DNA of 32,000 bases, from NCBI RefSeq assembly GCF_016592615.1, contig NZ_AP013043.1, positions 870,001 to 902,000 of the forward strand, read 5' to 3'. Positions 1-8,187 of this stretch are shown here, one piece after another. Every line of letters starts with the position of its first letter. The first letter of the stretch is position 1. This stretch comes from Isorropodon fossajaponicum endosymbiont JTNG4. GTDB lineage: Bacteria > Pseudomonadota > Gammaproteobacteria > PS1 > Pseudothioglobaceae. The notes below the pieces were generated by a model that saw only the letters and a list, made by a program, of their open reading frames with translations, had not been told where the DNA came from and did not search any database. Both the position numbers and the translations under genes were made by a program.

Positions 1-778
1 AACTGTGCTGTTCACCTGGAAAGGACTTATCTTTTACCGCTTTGATAAAAGCATTAACAGCAGACTTAACATCACCACTATCAATTAAGAAATTTTTAAC
101 AAATTTTGGCACGTGTCCTACATGAATGCCCAGCATATCATAGCTTACCAATACTTGCCCATCACAATTCACGCCAGCACCAATGCCAATAGTAGGAATA
201 CTTAAAGATTGTGACACTTGTTTAGCCAGATTGGCAGGGACGCATTCTAGCACGATTACTTTAACACCCCAAAATGCCAAAGCCAAAGCATTTTTAATAA
301 TTTTATCAGCGCTTTGCTTGTCCCTACCTTGCACCTTATAACCGCCCATTTCTATTACCGATTGCGGTTGCAAGCCTAAGTGACCACAAACGGGAATGCC
401 ATTATCTTGCAAGATTTTAAAAGATGCCTCATGTTCACACCCACCTTCAAATTTTATCATTTGTGCACCCGCTGTTATTAAGCGTTTGGCGTTTGTTAAA
501 GTTTGTTCAGCATTGGTATAACTTTGATAAGGCATGTCCACAATCCTTAATGCATTTTGCGCACCTTTGGTAGCTGCTTGTGTATGATAAACCATATCAC
601 CCATACTTACATCTAATGTATTTTCACCGCCTTGGATAACGTTACCAAGTGAGTCTCCTATTAAAATAATGTCAATGCCACACGCGTCAAAAACTGATGC
701 AAATGAAGCGTCATAAGCAGTTAAGCAAGCAATTTTCTCGCCAGATTGTTTAAAGCCCTTTAGCGCTTCAATGTTCAT
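1..778 (-). CDS. panB: 3-methyl-2-oxobutanoate hydroxymethyltransferase (ketopantoate hydroxymethyltransferase); C-terminal end cut by the window edge
   Basis: Absent from the ORF track because there is no stop in the window. Hand translation of the minus strand from the ATG at 778..776 gives MNIEALKGFKQSGEKIACLTAYDASFASVFDACGIDIILIGDSLGNVIQGGENTL...MPYQSY...KFEGG...GHLGLQPQS...VLECVP...IGIGAG, the PanB pattern. There is an ATGA overlap with the folK stop (775-778). Confidence 0.85.
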   Translation of the reverse strand, partial: MNIEALKGFKQSGEKIACLTAYDASFASVFDACGIDIILIGDSLGNVIQGGENTLDVSMGDMVYHTQAATKGAQNALRIVDMPYQSYTNAEQTLTNAKRLITAGAQMIKFEGGCEHEASFKILQDNGIPVCGHLGLQPQSVIEMGGYKVQGRDKQSADKIIKNALALAFWGVKVIVLECVPANLAKQVSQSLSIPTIGIGAGVNCDGQVLVSYDMLGIHVGHVPKFVKNFLIDSGDVKSAVNAFIKAVKDKSFPGEQHS

Positions 779-1248
779 AATTTAACCAATTTAGTGATGT
801 CTAGTTTAGCAATCAAATCTTGAATGGGCCCTAAAACTGGCACTTTCAAATTAGGCTCTAATTCTGCTAATGGTACCAATACAAACGCCCTATTCATCAT
901 TTGCGGATGTGGAACAATCAATTGCTTAGAGGCAATCACTTGCACACCATAAATAATAATATCCAAGTCAATGGTTCTTGCACCCCATTTTTTCTCGCGC
1001 ACGCGATGCTGTCTAGTCTCAATATCTTGACAAACATACAGCAATTCTAATGCAGTTAAATGCGTATCAACCTGACACATGGCATTGATATAATTAGGCT
1101 GCTTTGAATCGTCAATCGGCTTGGATTGATACAAACTTGACAAACTCACCACTTTAACATCTTTAGTAGAATTAAGCGCAATTAGCGCATCTTTAATTTG
1201 CTGTTTTGGGTTGTTAAGGTTTGAACCCAGTCCGATATATGTTAACAC
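775..1248 (-). CDS. folK: 2-amino-4-hydroxy-6-hydroxymethyldihydropteridine pyrophosphokinase (HPPK)
   Basis: 157 aa. Contains MLTYIGLGSNL...YQSKP...WGARTIDLDII...VPHPQMMNRAFVLVPLAEL, which are typical HPPK motifs. Translationally coupled to panB. Confidence 0.85.
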   Translation of the reverse strand: MLTYIGLGSNLNNPKQQIKDALIALNSTKDVKVVSLSSLYQSKPIDDSKQPNYINAMCQVDTHLTALELLYVCQDIETRQHRVREKKWGARTIDLDIIIYGVQVIASKQLIVPHPQMMNRAFVLVPLAELEPNLKVPVLGPIQDLIAKLDITKLVKL

Positions 1249-1280
1249 TAATTTTATTCCTAATTCTTTGTTAATTTTGA

Positions 1281-1303
1281 ACTTGTAAAGAGTCTTTACA
1301 AGT
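1281..1303. repeat. Perfect palindrome (11-bp arms, 1-nt centre) in the spacer upstream of folK
   Basis: acttgtaaaga g tctttacaagt read directly. It is followed on the + strand by tatttttat, so its geometry is that of a + strand intrinsic terminator, yet no + strand gene lies upstream. Confidence 0.5.
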
Positions 1304-1341
1304 TATTTTTATCTAATTTTTCACTAGTAATCGATCTGTTT

Positions 1342-1599
1342 TTAGCTTGATAAATGGCAGTTGCTTAATTTTTCTTTAAGTTCTAGCTTGTCATCTAAAA
1401 ATAGAGTTACTTCATTATGTTCTATTTCTGTTTTTACAACAATATCAATATTTTCACCATGTAAATTTTCAAGCCAGTTGATTAACTCCTCGGGTGTTTG
1501 TATTTGTGGTTTTATAGGCTCTTTTGGTTTTTTAAGTTTTAGCCAAAAATCTTCTTTGCTATCTACTTTAGTGCAATAGTTTAACCTACTTGGACACAT
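1342..1599 (-). other. Hybrid ORF reading outward from the IS (85 aa). Its only Met codon lies inside the IS terminal inverted repeat, so it is probably the remnant of a truncated gene.
   Basis: The ATG at 1599..1597 falls within the IS inverted repeat (1572-1598). There is no internal Met and no family I recognise. The flanking-derived part is DSKEDFWLKLKKPKEPIKPQIQTPEELINWLENLHGENIDIVV... Confidence 0.25.
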
Positions 1600-1600
1600 T

Positions 1601-2503
1601 TCAAGCCGCTTTTTTCAATTCAGCCATCTCTTGAGCAGGTGTTAAATACCCAATCGCTGAATGAATCCTTTTGTAATTATACAAGTAGATATAACCCTCT
1701 ACATTTTGCACGACTTCACTATGATTTGCAAAACTTTGATAATTTAATCTCTCAGTCTTCAGACTTCTAAAGAAACGCTCCATGACCGCATTATCCCAAC
1801 AATTACCTCGCCTGCTCATGCTTTGAGTAATGTTGTTCTTGTTGCAATAATCAATAAAAACTTTAGAAGAGTATTGAGTCCCTTGATCAGAGTGGAACAT
1901 GTGTTTATTTGTATTGGGCTGGTGTCTAGACACAGCATTACTAAGCGCATCCTTTGCCAACTGAGCATTAGGCTGTTTTGACAATGCCCAACCAACAACT
2001 TGTCTTGAGCCTAAATCCAACACACTGGCTAAATAACTCCCACCTTGATAGGTTTTGATATAGGTAATATCACCAACCCAATGCGTATTAATTGATTGCT
2101 GCTCAAACACACGATTTAATAGGTTTTTTGCCTTTTTAAACATCAATCTAGTATTAGGGTAATAATGACGCTTTCTTGGGCGTATGGCAACTACATTGGC
2201 TTTTTTCATTAGCGTTGCAGTTTGGTAAATACCAATGTTATAACCTTGGTTATTCAAAACTACTCGCATTCTGCGTTTGCCATAGGTGTATCCAACTTCA
2301 ATAGCAGTTTGTTTGATTAATTTAATCATAGCGTTGGTGTTGTTGTTTACTCGCTTATCTTTGACTTGATAGTAATAACTACTGCGAGGAAGTTTGAGTA
2401 ATGCTCATAATTCTTTAGTATTGTATTGTTGGCAAGCCTTGTTTATCTTGATAATCATATCACTTGGTGATTGTCCACAGCGAACAAGGCTGTTGCCTTT
2501 TTT
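1601..2503 (-). pseudogene. IS3-family transposase orfB (DDE integrase core) with an in-frame TGA near its 5' end
   Basis: The track ORF 1601-2329 shows WVGDITYI...HSDQGTQYSS...NAVMERFFRSLKTE (D, D, E). Extending the same frame upstream gives ...QQYNTKEL*ALLKLPRSSYYYQVKDK... with TGA at 2407..2405, the position where family members usually carry Cys. Confidence 0.75.
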
Positions 2504-2806
2504 AAGATTTCATTGTCCCTTTGTGCGCGCCAAAGTTGTTTCTCAAGCAGTTGTATTGTTTGTTGTTCAGAAGTCAGCGCTTTGCCTGACTCTGGTGTTT
2601 GTCCACCAAGCTCTGCTAGGTATTGTTTTCTCCATCTGCTAACTGCTGAGGAGCAAGCTCCTGATATTATCATGATTTTTTTTATTGGTGTAATTCTCAT
2701 GCACCATGAGTTTGGCATAATCTAGTGTTCCCCCCTCAAGGGGGTATTGAACAGAATGTTCAACGGTAAAAGTCACTCGTTGTTTTCTTGATTTATATTG
2801 TGTCAT
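2455..2806 (-). pseudogene. IS3-family orfA (HTH transposase subunit) split across two frames
   Basis: An ATG at 2806 preceded by aaggagg opens MTQYKSRKQRVTFTVEHSVQYPLEGGTLDYAKL...NKKNHDNIRSLLLSS*. The conserved C-terminal part (...SSAVSRWRKQY...LEKQLWRAQRDNEILKKATALFA) lies in another frame (track ORF 2455-2718). The frame switch sits near the 8-nt homopolymer at about 2681-2688. Confidence 0.7.
2497..2503 (-). promoter_or_regulatory. Programmed -1 ribosomal frameshift heptamer A AAA AAG (IS911-type) linking orfA to orfB
   Basis: The minus strand reads TT A AAA AAG GCA within ...NEILKKATA.... The orfB frame is exactly -1 relative to orfA at this point. Confidence 0.7.
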
Positions 2807-2872
2807 TACTGACCTCCTTATGGTTTGTATTATAAGGCTATCTTTGTGTCCAATAAAATTAGACTATTGCAG

Positions 2873-2891
2873 TAAAATTAGACCATTACAG
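2873..2891. repeat. Tandem second copy of the terminal 19 bp of the IS inverted repeat (solo IR tip)
   Basis: taaaattagactattgcag (2854-2872) is immediately followed by taaaattagaccattacag (2873-2891), 17/19 identical. Confidence 0.65.
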
Positions 2892-3118
2892 TTTGACTTT
2901 AACAATCATATCTGCAATGCTAAATATTTCTTCTGCATTCATTAGGCATGATGACAGCACCTGCTTTCTCATACACATCGTCACTCACATTGATACCAAT
3001 GCCAGCATTTGTTTTTACCAACACTTTATGCCCTACTTTTGTTGCACTAAAAACCGACTCAGGTGGTCCCTACACGATATTCATTATTTTTAATTTCTTT
3101 TGAAACGCCAATAATCAT
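2892..3118 (-). pseudogene. ald: Alanine dehydrogenase 5' fragment (~75 codons), frameshifted twice and truncated at the IS end
   Basis: Hand translation from the ATG at 3118 gives MIIGVSKEIKNNEYRVGTT*. After a frame change it reads PPESVFSATKVGHKVLVKTNAGIGINVSDDVYEKAGAVIMPN, and after a second change NAEEIFSIADMIVKVK. Together these match the canonical Ald N-terminus (MIIGVPKEIKNxEYRVG.TP...VLVE.GAG.G...DY..AGA...MIVKVKEP). Homology stops at 2892, where it abuts the IR tip. Confidence 0.75.
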
Positions 3119-3234
3119 TTTTTTATCCACCTATAAAAACAACACTAAAGATACCAAGTTGTCGTAACTTAAACTGCATTTTTCCATAAAGGATACCAAT
3201 TATTACGGATGGTTTTAATAAAAAGATGCTATTT

Positions 3235-3915
3235 TTAGCAGTTTTTATATAACAAATCCTTGCGTTTTTCTTGGGTTTTTTTAATGGATTGTTCTGCTCG
3301 CCAAGTGTTAATATTAGCTTGGTATCCGCTTAGTAATACTTCAGGTACTGCTTGGTTATCAATAACTTCAGGGCGTGTGTAATGTGGGTAGTCTAGTAAA
3401 TTATTTGCAAAGGAATCGTTTAATGAATCGGCATTGCCAAGTACGTTTGGAATTTGCCGGCTAACCGCATCAATAAGTACCATAGCTGCCAATTCACCAC
3501 CGCTAATAACGTAATCGCCAATGGAGATTTCCATATCAATATCGTGCTCAATAATGCGCTCGTCTACACCTTCGTAGCGTCCGCATAATAGAGTGATTGA
3601 GTCAAACGTGGATAGTTCTTTAGCTAGTTTATGTTTGAGTGGTTGGCCTTGTGGTGATAGATAAATAACCTTAGTTTTTGGGTTTGATTGTTTGATTTTG
3701 TGAATGCAATCACGAATGGGCTTGACTTGCATCACCATACCAGCACCACCGCCATAGGGTTTATCATCAATATTTTTGTATTTGTTATTGCTAAACTCTC
3801 TGAGTTGCCAAGTGTGAATTGAGAGGTGTGATTTTTTGATGGCGCGTGCAATAACACCTTCATCCTTAATGGCATTAAACATATCAGGAAACAGAGTGAT
3901 AACGTCAAAGCGCAT
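3235..3915 (-). CDS. trmD: tRNA (guanine37-N1)-methyltransferase
   Basis: 226 aa. Contains MRFDVITLFPDMF...PYGGGAGMVM...LLCGRYEGVDERI...ISIGDYVISGGELAAMVLIDAV, the TrmD signature. Confidence 0.9.
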   Translation of the reverse strand: MRFDVITLFPDMFNAIKDEGVIARAIKKSHLSIHTWQLREFSNNKYKNIDDKPYGGGAGMVMQVKPIRDCIHKIKQSNPKTKVIYLSPQGQPLKHKLAKELSTFDSITLLCGRYEGVDERIIEHDIDMEISIGDYVISGGELAAMVLIDAVSRQIPNVLGNADSLNDSFANNLLDYPHYTRPEVIDNQAVPEVLLSGYQANINTWRAEQSIKKTQEKRKDLLYKNC

Positions 3916-3918
3916 GAG

Positions 3919-5049
3919 CTAGGTGAGTATATTTTTTAAAACGTGGTAATAGATATCGCTCAAATCTTCTAAATCCTGAATGGATACGCACTCATCAACC
4001 TGATGAATGGTGGCATTCAAAGGGCCTAGTTCCACTACTTGAGCCTCTAAAATTGGCGCAATAAAACGTCCATCAGAAGTGCCGCCTGAGGTGGATAGTT
4101 GGGTGTTTATATTTTTGACAGTTTTAATCGCATCAACACAAGCATTGACCAGTTCGCCCTTTGGGGTTAAAAATGGATAGCCAGAATGCTCCCAAGTGAT
4201 TTGATATTCAAAATTGTGCTTGTCTAAAATTACGCAAACTCGGCTTTGCAATTGCTCGTGAGTGTTTTGTGTGGAATAACGAAAGTTAAAAACAATATCA
4301 CTTTCACCCGGAATAACATTGGTCACTCCTGTGCCTGAGTGAATATTAGAGATTTGGAAACTGGTAGCTGGAAAATACTCATTACCCTCATCCCAAACTT
4401 CATTACACAAATCATTCAACGCTGGTATGACTAGGTGGATGGGATTATTTGCCAAATGTGGATAGGCAATGTGCCCTTGTTTACCAATGACTTTTAAAGT
4501 GCCATTTAAAGAACCGCGACGACCATTTTTAATCACATCTCCTAACTCACTAGTAGCTGATGGCTCACCCACTAAGCAATAATCAACGGTTTGATTGATT
4601 TCTTTTAAGTACTGCGCAACTTTAACAGTACCATCAGTAGCAGGACCTTCTTCGTCAGAAGTGATTAAATAGCCAATTGAACCTTTGTGATTAGGATAAT
4701 CTTTAACAAATCTATCGGTTGCACTGAGCATGGCTGCCAAAGAGCCTTTCATATCAGCTGTTCCACGACCATGCAACATACCTTCTTTAACTTGGGCAGA
4801 AAAAGGTGGCACGTGCCATTTTGACTCATCGCCCACAGGTACGACATCGGTGTGCCCTGCAAATACAAACACAGGGGGTTGATGACCACGAACTGCCCAA
4901 AAATTATCAACCTCGCCAAATTTTAAATCAATGATTTCAAAATTAAGATGGCTCAAATGATTGGTCATAATAGACTGGCAGCCCTTGTCTTGTGGGGTGA
5001 GTGAGGCTATACTAACTAGCTTTTTTGCTAATTCTAAGGTTTTACTCAT
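3919..5049 (-). CDS. dapE: Succinyl-diaminopimelate desuccinylase
   Basis: 376 aa M20 peptidase. Contains ...FAGHTDVVPVGDESKWHVPPF...GRGTADMKGSLAAM...SDEEG..., with DapE-like length and motifs. Confidence 0.85.
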   Translation of the reverse strand: MSKTLELAKKLVSIASLTPQDKGCQSIMTNHLSHLNFEIIDLKFGEVDNFWAVRGHQPPVFVFAGHTDVVPVGDESKWHVPPFSAQVKEGMLHGRGTADMKGSLAAMLSATDRFVKDYPNHKGSIGYLITSDEEGPATDGTVKVAQYLKEINQTVDYCLVGEPSATSELGDVIKNGRRGSLNGTLKVIGKQGHIAYPHLANNPIHLVIPALNDLCNEVWDEGNEYFPATSFQISNIHSGTGVTNVIPGESDIVFNFRYSTQNTHEQLQSRVCVILDKHNFEYQITWEHSGYPFLTPKGELVNACVDAIKTVKNINTQLSTSGGTSDGRFIAPILEAQVVELGPLNATIHQVDECVSIQDLEDLSDIYYHVLKNILT

Positions 5050-5053
5050 TAGA

Positions 5054-6220
5054 TTATTTCACGCTCAAATGAACGGTCGAATTGTCAGCCACATTAATGA
5101 CTTTGCTAAGCACTTGTATATCGCCCACACCTCGCATGGCAGAGCCAGTTGCACTAATACGCACTACCGCAATCACTTGGTCATGGCGTGATAGTTGATT
5201 ACCTTGTATCACAGAGTCTTGGTCGGTTAAAACCACTTGACCAGTAAAATCTTTTAACTTAATTTTTTTAATTGCAATCGGCATCGGTCTGCCCTTGGCT
5301 GCTTTAACATAAATCATGATAAAGTCTTCGCTAGATCTTGACTTTAGTACCTCGTTAGACACATCAACACGCACACTAATAGAATGCTCAGGTGTATCCT
5401 TGCTTACTTCAACTGCTTTTAACTCAGATAGAATATTCACCAAGGCCACTCGGTCAATACTACCCTCTAGCAGAGCATTAAGTGCGCGTTGCCAAAGCCC
5501 TTTGGCTAAATTAAAATCTTGCTGGCTCACGGCAAACATGCCTGCTAAATACAAGGCGTCTGGTGCGTTCGGCTCAATCTCTAGGGCTTGTTTGATTAGC
5601 TTAACAGATTTATCTGAAAATTGATTATCACTAGCACTAATCATCATAGAGGCATACTCAACTAACAATCTTGGGTCTTCGGGATTAATTTGATAAGATT
5701 TCTCATAAGCCTCTATTGATAAATCTAATTTTCCCAACTCAAGGTACGTAAGCCCGAGCATTTTCCAAGCTTCAGAATCATCTTCGTTAGTTTGTAAATA
5801 CTGCACAATTTTGTTAGCACTCTGTTCTAAACTTAGTGGCTTTTCTGCACTTTCAAGTGGCTGACTCATGTTACTTCTTGGTGTCAAATATTGATAAACA
5901 CCGATGGACACGACAGGTAGTAACACCAATATTAATATCAAAACCCATGTGTTATTACTGGCATTATTTTGAATATTACTCACTTGTTGAAGCTCAATAG
6001 CCAGTGTTGTTGAAATCTCTTCTTTGGCTTGGTTAAATTGTTTTTCATCAATCAAATTTTGGTGTAAATCTTGTTCAAGTTCTAGTAATTTTTGTTTGCC
6101 TAAGGCGATATTAGAACCTTCAAGATTAATGTCATTAGATTTAAGGGGTCGATATAAAAACCAAATTATCCAAATAGAAGAGGCTATCACTATCAAAGCA
6201 AACCATAGATATAAACTCAT
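5054..6220 (-). CDS. ccmI: Cytochrome c-type biogenesis protein CcmI/CycH (two N-terminal TM segments plus periplasmic TPR domain)
   Basis: 388 aa with an N-terminal TM, a charged coiled segment, a second TM and TPR-like repeats (AWKMLGLTYLELGKLDLSIEAYEKSYQINPEDP...). ATGA overlap with the ccmF stop. Confidence 0.65.
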   Translation of the reverse strand: MSLYLWFALIVIASSIWIIWFLYRPLKSNDINLEGSNIALGKQKLLELEQDLHQNLIDEKQFNQAKEEISTTLAIELQQVSNIQNNASNNTWVLILILVLLPVVSIGVYQYLTPRSNMSQPLESAEKPLSLEQSANKIVQYLQTNEDDSEAWKMLGLTYLELGKLDLSIEAYEKSYQINPEDPRLLVEYASMMISASDNQFSDKSVKLIKQALEIEPNAPDALYLAGMFAVSQQDFNLAKGLWQRALNALLEGSIDRVALVNILSELKAVEVSKDTPEHSISVRVDVSNEVLKSRSSEDFIMIYVKAAKGRPMPIAIKKIKLKDFTGQVVLTDQDSVIQGNQLSRHDQVIAVVRISATGSAMRGVGDIQVLSKVINVADNSTVHLSVK

Positions 6221-8121
6221 CCTTTCACCCTCAATCGATATCTTTTATCAAATGCGGCTAATAACGCGCCTAATGCAATCAATAACCCCCCTAGCCAAAT
6301 CCAACGTATGAGTGGCTTGTAATAAATTCTTAAACTCCATGAATCACCTTCTAAAGACTCGCCCAATGCAATATAAATATCACGATATAGTGATGGGTCA
6401 ATAGCCACTTCGGTCATAGGCATGCCGGTGACGTATTGGCGTTTTTCAGGTCTCAAATCTGATATTTTCTTATCCTCAAAATAAACCTCTACATGACCTT
6501 TATTGCCTTGATAGTTTTGACCAGATAGGCGTGTCACACCTTTAAAAATAAAGTCATAACCTGCCATGGTGATTGGTTTATCAATGTCCATTTTTATATC
6601 CTTTTCAACACCGTACTGAGTTGTCACTGTAGCGCCTAATAAGAATACAGCAGTACCAATATGAGCAAAAATCATGCCAATAAAAGCAAGACTCATACTG
6701 CCTTTTTGGCTTAACCTTTGAAACAAAAGCACCAGTGAATGTGTCACTATCCAAATAAACAAAAAGACGGCTAATAAAACTGAGATATTATCAGCCAATA
6801 ACGCACTAATAACAAACAACAAACCAACACCTACCCACACCCACTTTAATAAACCCGCTATCCTTTGCGTGGCGTCTTTCTTCCAACGCAAAAAGGGGAC
6901 AATCACCATAACCAAGACTGCTGGAATCATAATAGGTACGAACACTGCACTAAAATAAGGCGCGCCTACTGAGATTTTACCCAAACCTAATGCATCTAAT
7001 AGTAGCGGATAGAGCGTGCCTAAAAAGACACTTAACATTGCTGCCACTAATAAGATATTGTTAACTAGTAAACCGCTCTCTCTTGACAAAAGAGAAAAGG
7101 TATTATTACTTTGCATGAGTGAAGCTCGCCAAGCATATAACGCCAACGAACCACCAATCACAATCACTAAAAATATCAAAATAAACAAACCTCTAGCAGG
7201 GTCAGCAGCGAATGAGTGTACTGAAGTAAGAATGCCTGACCTGACTAGAAATGTGCCTAATAAACTTAACGAAAAACCAGAAATGGCTAATAGTACAGTC
7301 CAATGTTTAAATGCACCGCGCTTCTCGCTCACGCTTAAAGAGTGCACCAATGCTGTTGCCACCAACCATGGCATAAATGAGGCATTTTCCACCGGATCCC
7401 AAAACCACCAACCGCCCCAACCAAGCTCGTAATACGCCCACCAAGAACCAAGTGTAATGCCAAATGTTAAAAATGCCCATGCGATTAATGTCCAAGGGCG
7501 TGACCACCGTAACCAAGTAGAATCTAGCTGCCCACGAATAAGTGATGACAAGACAAAGGCAAATGGAACCGCCATCCCCACATAACCCATATATAACATG
7601 GGTGGGTGGATAATTAAGCCAAAATCTTGTAGCAAGGGATTAAGCTCTCGTCCTTGTATTGGCACGATATCTAGGCGCTCAAAAGGATTAGAGGTTAATA
7701 GCAAAAATAACAAAAAACCGATACTAATTAAACCAAGAATAATAAGAATATGGTTTAACACTTCAGCAGGTAAACGTTTAGAGAAGACAGATACTGCTAC
7801 GCTCCAAGCGGCTAAAATCAAGGCCCACAGCAACAAAGAGCCTTCGTGTGCACCCCAAACGGCTGACATCTTAAAAATACTGGGTAGTTGTGTATTTGAA
7901 TTATTTGCCACATATTTAACAGAAAAGTCATCAACCAAAAAGGCATTCATGAGAATGACAAAAGCGATTAAAATCCAGAAAAATTGCATCCATAACAAGG
8001 GTCTGGATAAGCCAGAAAGCGCGGCGTCGTGTTTAATTATGCCTATAGCGGGTAAAACAACTTGTAACAACGCAAACACCAAAGCAAACACTAATGCAAA
8101 ATGTCCAATTTCAATTAACAT
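6217..8121 (-). CDS. ccmF: Cytochrome c-type biogenesis heme lyase subunit CcmF
   Basis: 634 aa polytopic membrane protein with the WGGWWFWDPVENASFMPWL (WWD) motif. Confidence 0.9.
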   Translation of the reverse strand: MLIEIGHFALVFALVFALLQVVLPAIGIIKHDAALSGLSRPLLWMQFFWILIAFVILMNAFLVDDFSVKYVANNSNTQLPSIFKMSAVWGAHEGSLLLWALILAAWSVAVSVFSKRLPAEVLNHILIILGLISIGFLLFLLLTSNPFERLDIVPIQGRELNPLLQDFGLIIHPPMLYMGYVGMAVPFAFVLSSLIRGQLDSTWLRWSRPWTLIAWAFLTFGITLGSWWAYYELGWGGWWFWDPVENASFMPWLVATALVHSLSVSEKRGAFKHWTVLLAISGFSLSLLGTFLVRSGILTSVHSFAADPARGLFILIFLVIVIGGSLALYAWRASLMQSNNTFSLLSRESGLLVNNILLVAAMLSVFLGTLYPLLLDALGLGKISVGAPYFSAVFVPIMIPAVLVMVIVPFLRWKKDATQRIAGLLKWVWVGVGLLFVISALLADNISVLLAVFLFIWIVTHSLVLLFQRLSQKGSMSLAFIGMIFAHIGTAVFLLGATVTTQYGVEKDIKMDIDKPITMAGYDFIFKGVTRLSGQNYQGNKGHVEVYFEDKKISDLRPEKRQYVTGMPMTEVAIDPSLYRDIYIALGESLEGDSWSLRIYYKPLIRWIWLGGLLIALGALLAAFDKRYRLRVKG

Positions 8122-8187
8122 AGATGGTTTGAGTTAAATAAACTCATTATAACGCAAAATGTCTAATTTCAATTAACATAGATGGTT
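8096..8187. repeat. 34-bp direct repeat pair (33/34 identical) duplicating the ccmF start region
   Basis: gcaaaatgtccaatttcaattaacatagatggtt (8096-8129) versus gcaaaatgtctaatttcaattaacatagatggtt (8154-8187). The upstream copy encodes a 10-codon mini-ORF, MLIEIRHFAL* (8179..8147, minus strand). Confidence 0.8.

Larger units (their letters stand above)
1572..2872 (-). mobile_element. IS3-family insertion sequence (IS3/IS911-like organisation), ~1.3 kb, decayed
   Basis: Terminal inverted repeats: tgcaatagtttaacctacttggacaca (1572-1598) versus the reverse complement of tgtgtccaataaaattagactattgca (2845-2871), 22/27 matching. It has orfA plus an orfB with a DDE (rve) domain and an A AAA AAG slippery heptamer. 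No clear target-site duplication is visible. Confidence 0.85.

Noticed and set aside
2893-3093. 66-aa + strand ORF in the trmD-IS spacer
   Set aside because: It lies antisense to the much better supported alanine dehydrogenase pseudogene fragment.
7016-8137. Long + strand ORFs (138 aa at 7016-7432; 179 aa at 7598-8137) and a nested - strand 69-aa ORF inside ccmF
   Set aside because: They lie antisense to, or in alternative frames of, a strongly supported membrane-protein gene. They are low-complexity and Lys/Ser-rich, typical shadow ORFs, and have no RBS or family resemblance.
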